Below are positions 15,364 through 16,903 of a stretch of 16,903 nt of DNA, piece after piece. A program made the translations under genes and the position numbers. The stretch comes from Candidatus Zixiibacteriota bacterium. Its GTDB lineage: Bacteria; Zixibacteria; MSB-5A5; WJJR01. The notes beneath the pieces are model-generated. The model did no database searches and was not told the DNA's origin. It saw only the letters and a program-made list of their open reading frames with translations. Numbering within the stretch: position 1 is the stretch's first letter; each line of letters begins with the position of its first letter. The stretch is taken from positions 1 through 16,903 of the forward strand of contig JAVHPP010000044.1 in NCBI GenBank assembly GCA_036170655.1, read 5' to 3'.

Positions 15364-16187
15364 ACCATTCCCGCTCGGCCACCCTGGTCTGGACCCGTGA
15401 GGTCGGTCCGTCTATTTTCCATCAACGGTTCGCCGAGTCAGCCATCGCCCATCAGGCGCATGCCGGTCAGTTTGTGCATCTGCTCCCCGGCCCCAAGCAC
15501 TTCTTTCGGCGCGCCTTCTCAATCTATGCAACCGACGCGAAAGCCGGTACATTCGACATCTTGCACCAAGCGCTGGGCGAAGGAACTCGCTGCCTGTCCC
15601 GCCTCAAAAAAGGTGACGCGGTGGACACACTGGGACCTCTGGGGAACCGATTTCCCCGGCCCGCACGCGGACGCCGTCCCGTGCTCGTTGGCGGCGGCTT
15701 GGGCATGGCGCTGCTGCGACTTTGGGCAACGGAGCTTTGCCAGCCGCTCCCGACAGGCCGTCGGGACGACAAGGCCCACGACCGGCTGCCTCTCATGCTG
15801 CTTGGCGTGCGCAGCAACTCGCTGGCCGTGCCCCCGGTTGGCCTCGCCCCGATGGGACTGCGCATTCTCTGGGCGTCCGACGATGGCTCCCGTGGCTTTC
15901 ATGGGAACGTTGTTGCGCTCATGGACGAACAAATCGCGCACGGCGGCGTCGTGGCTGAACGTTCCACCGTCTATGGGTGCGGCCCCGAACCGATGATGGC
16001 TTCGCTCGTGCAGTTATGCCGTGAACACGCTATCCCTTGCGCGGTGTCGCTGGAACGTTCGATGCCATGCGGCTACGGCGTATGCATGGGGTGTGTCGTG
16101 CGCGTAAAGGATGGCAACGGGTACGAGACCTACAAGCGCGTCTGTCGTGACGGACCGATATTCGATTCGGAGAAGATTATTTTCTGA
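15360..16187 (+). CDS. pyrK: Dihydroorotate dehydrogenase B electron transfer subunit
   Basis: AGQFVHL, RR.FSI, GPLGN.F, GGGLG, SDDGSRG, GCGPEPMM and 2Fe-2S motif ERSMPCGYGVCMGCV...VCRDGPIF; directly upstream of pyrD; GTG overlaps the upstream stop. Confidence 0.95.
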   Translation: MNHSRSATLVWTREVGPSIFHQRFAESAIAHQAHAGQFVHLLPGPKHFFRRAFSIYATDAKAGTFDILHQALGEGTRCLSRLKKGDAVDTLGPLGNRFPRPARGRRPVLVGGGLGMALLRLWATELCQPLPTGRRDDKAHDRLPLMLLGVRSNSLAVPPVGLAPMGLRILWASDDGSRGFHGNVVALMDEQIAHGGVVAERSTVYGCGPEPMMASLVQLCREHAIPCAVSLERSMPCGYGVCMGCVVRVKDGNGYETYKRVCRDGPIFDSEKIIF

Positions 16188-16193
16188 GACCGT

Positions 16194-16901
16194 ATGCCAG
16201 CACACCAACCCAAATCCCCCGACCTGTCCGTCACGATTGCCGGTGTGACATTCGCCACGCCGGTCTGGACGGCCTCGGGTACAGCCGGCACCGGGGAGGA
16301 AATCGAGCAATGGTGCGATCTGCGCCGTCTGGGGGCGATGGTGACCAAGTCTGTCTCGCTGCGCCCGCGTGCCGGGCACCCCTATCCGCGCACCGCCGAA
16401 ACCCCCAGCGGCATGCTCAACTGCATCGGTCTGCAGAACAAGGGCATCGACCTGTTCATCGCCGAGGAGTTGCCGCGACTCAAACGTATGCCCACCCGTG
16501 CTGTGATCAACATCGTCGGCGACAGCATCGAAGAACTGGTCGAATTGGCACGCCGTCTCGATACCGCCGACGGCGCTGATTGCCTGGAATTGAATCTTTC
16601 CTGTCCCAACGTCGCCCGGGGGATCGATCAGGGGTCTGATCCGATCTGGGTGGGGCAATGTGTCGCCGCTGTCCGGGCGGTGACCAAACGGCCACTGATC
16701 GTGAAACTCACTCCCAACACCAATGACATTGCGTCCTTGGCGCGGGCGGCGGCCGATCATGGCGCCGATGCGATATCGGCAATCAACACGCTGGTCGGCA
16801 TGGCGATCAATCACCAGACCTTCAAGCCGCGCCTGTCGAACATCACCGGCGGTCTCTCCGGACCGGCGATCAAGCCAGTGGCGCTGGCCGCGGTGTTCCG
16901 C
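16194..16901 (+). CDS. pyrD: Dihydroorotate dehydrogenase family 1B catalytic subunit (3' partial)
   Basis: Not in the ORF track; translated by hand from ATG 16194. Motifs ASGT, VTKS, ETPSGMLN.IGLQN, ELNLSCPNV (catalytic Cys), VKLTPN, INT..GM and GGLSGPAIKP. Runs off the window end. Confidence 0.97.
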   Translation, partial: MPAHQPKSPDLSVTIAGVTFATPVWTASGTAGTGEEIEQWCDLRRLGAMVTKSVSLRPRAGHPYPRTAETPSGMLNCIGLQNKGIDLFIAEELPRLKRMPTRAVINIVGDSIEELVELARRLDTADGADCLELNLSCPNVARGIDQGSDPIWVGQCVAAVRAVTKRPLIVKLTPNTNDIASLARAAADHGADAISAINTLVGMAINHQTFKPRLSNITGGLSGPAIKPVALAAVFR

Positions 16902-16903
16902 AT

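Noticed and set aside
16014..16814. 266 aa minus-strand ORF
   Set aside because: Antisense shadow of pyrD/pyrK.

Overview
A GC-rich (about 60% by eye) bacterial chromosomal window with no rRNA, tRNA, CRISPR array or transposase. The gene content (DUF5683, the family mislabelled 'asparagine synthetase B', a SprE/PorW-like TPR lipoprotein, a 'VP..INxQGRL' secreted protein) suggests an FCB-related diderm such as a Zixibacteria-like lineage; this is inference only. Gene order: (-) partial lipoprotein; (-) SRPBCC protein, FKBP PPIase lipoprotein and tandem CDGSH Fe-S protein, bounded by a clear sigma70 promoter and terminator; (+) secreted phage-tail-fibre-like protein; (-) MacAB-type ABC operon (adaptor, ATPase, two permeases); a ~215 bp MITE/REP-like palindromic element; (-) an ERCC4/XPF-HhH2 protein with its catalytic motif erased; (-) secreted GATase-I-like protein; (-) DUF5683 protein; (+) PflX-like radical SAM, TPR/TonB-C lipoprotein, pyrK and pyrD (partial). 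The most unusual items are the apparently nuclease-dead bacterial XPF homologue (ERCC1-like), the TPR lipoprotein fused to GPP repeats and a TonB C-terminal domain, and the signal-peptide-bearing fibre protein. All family assignments come from motif recognition, not database searches.
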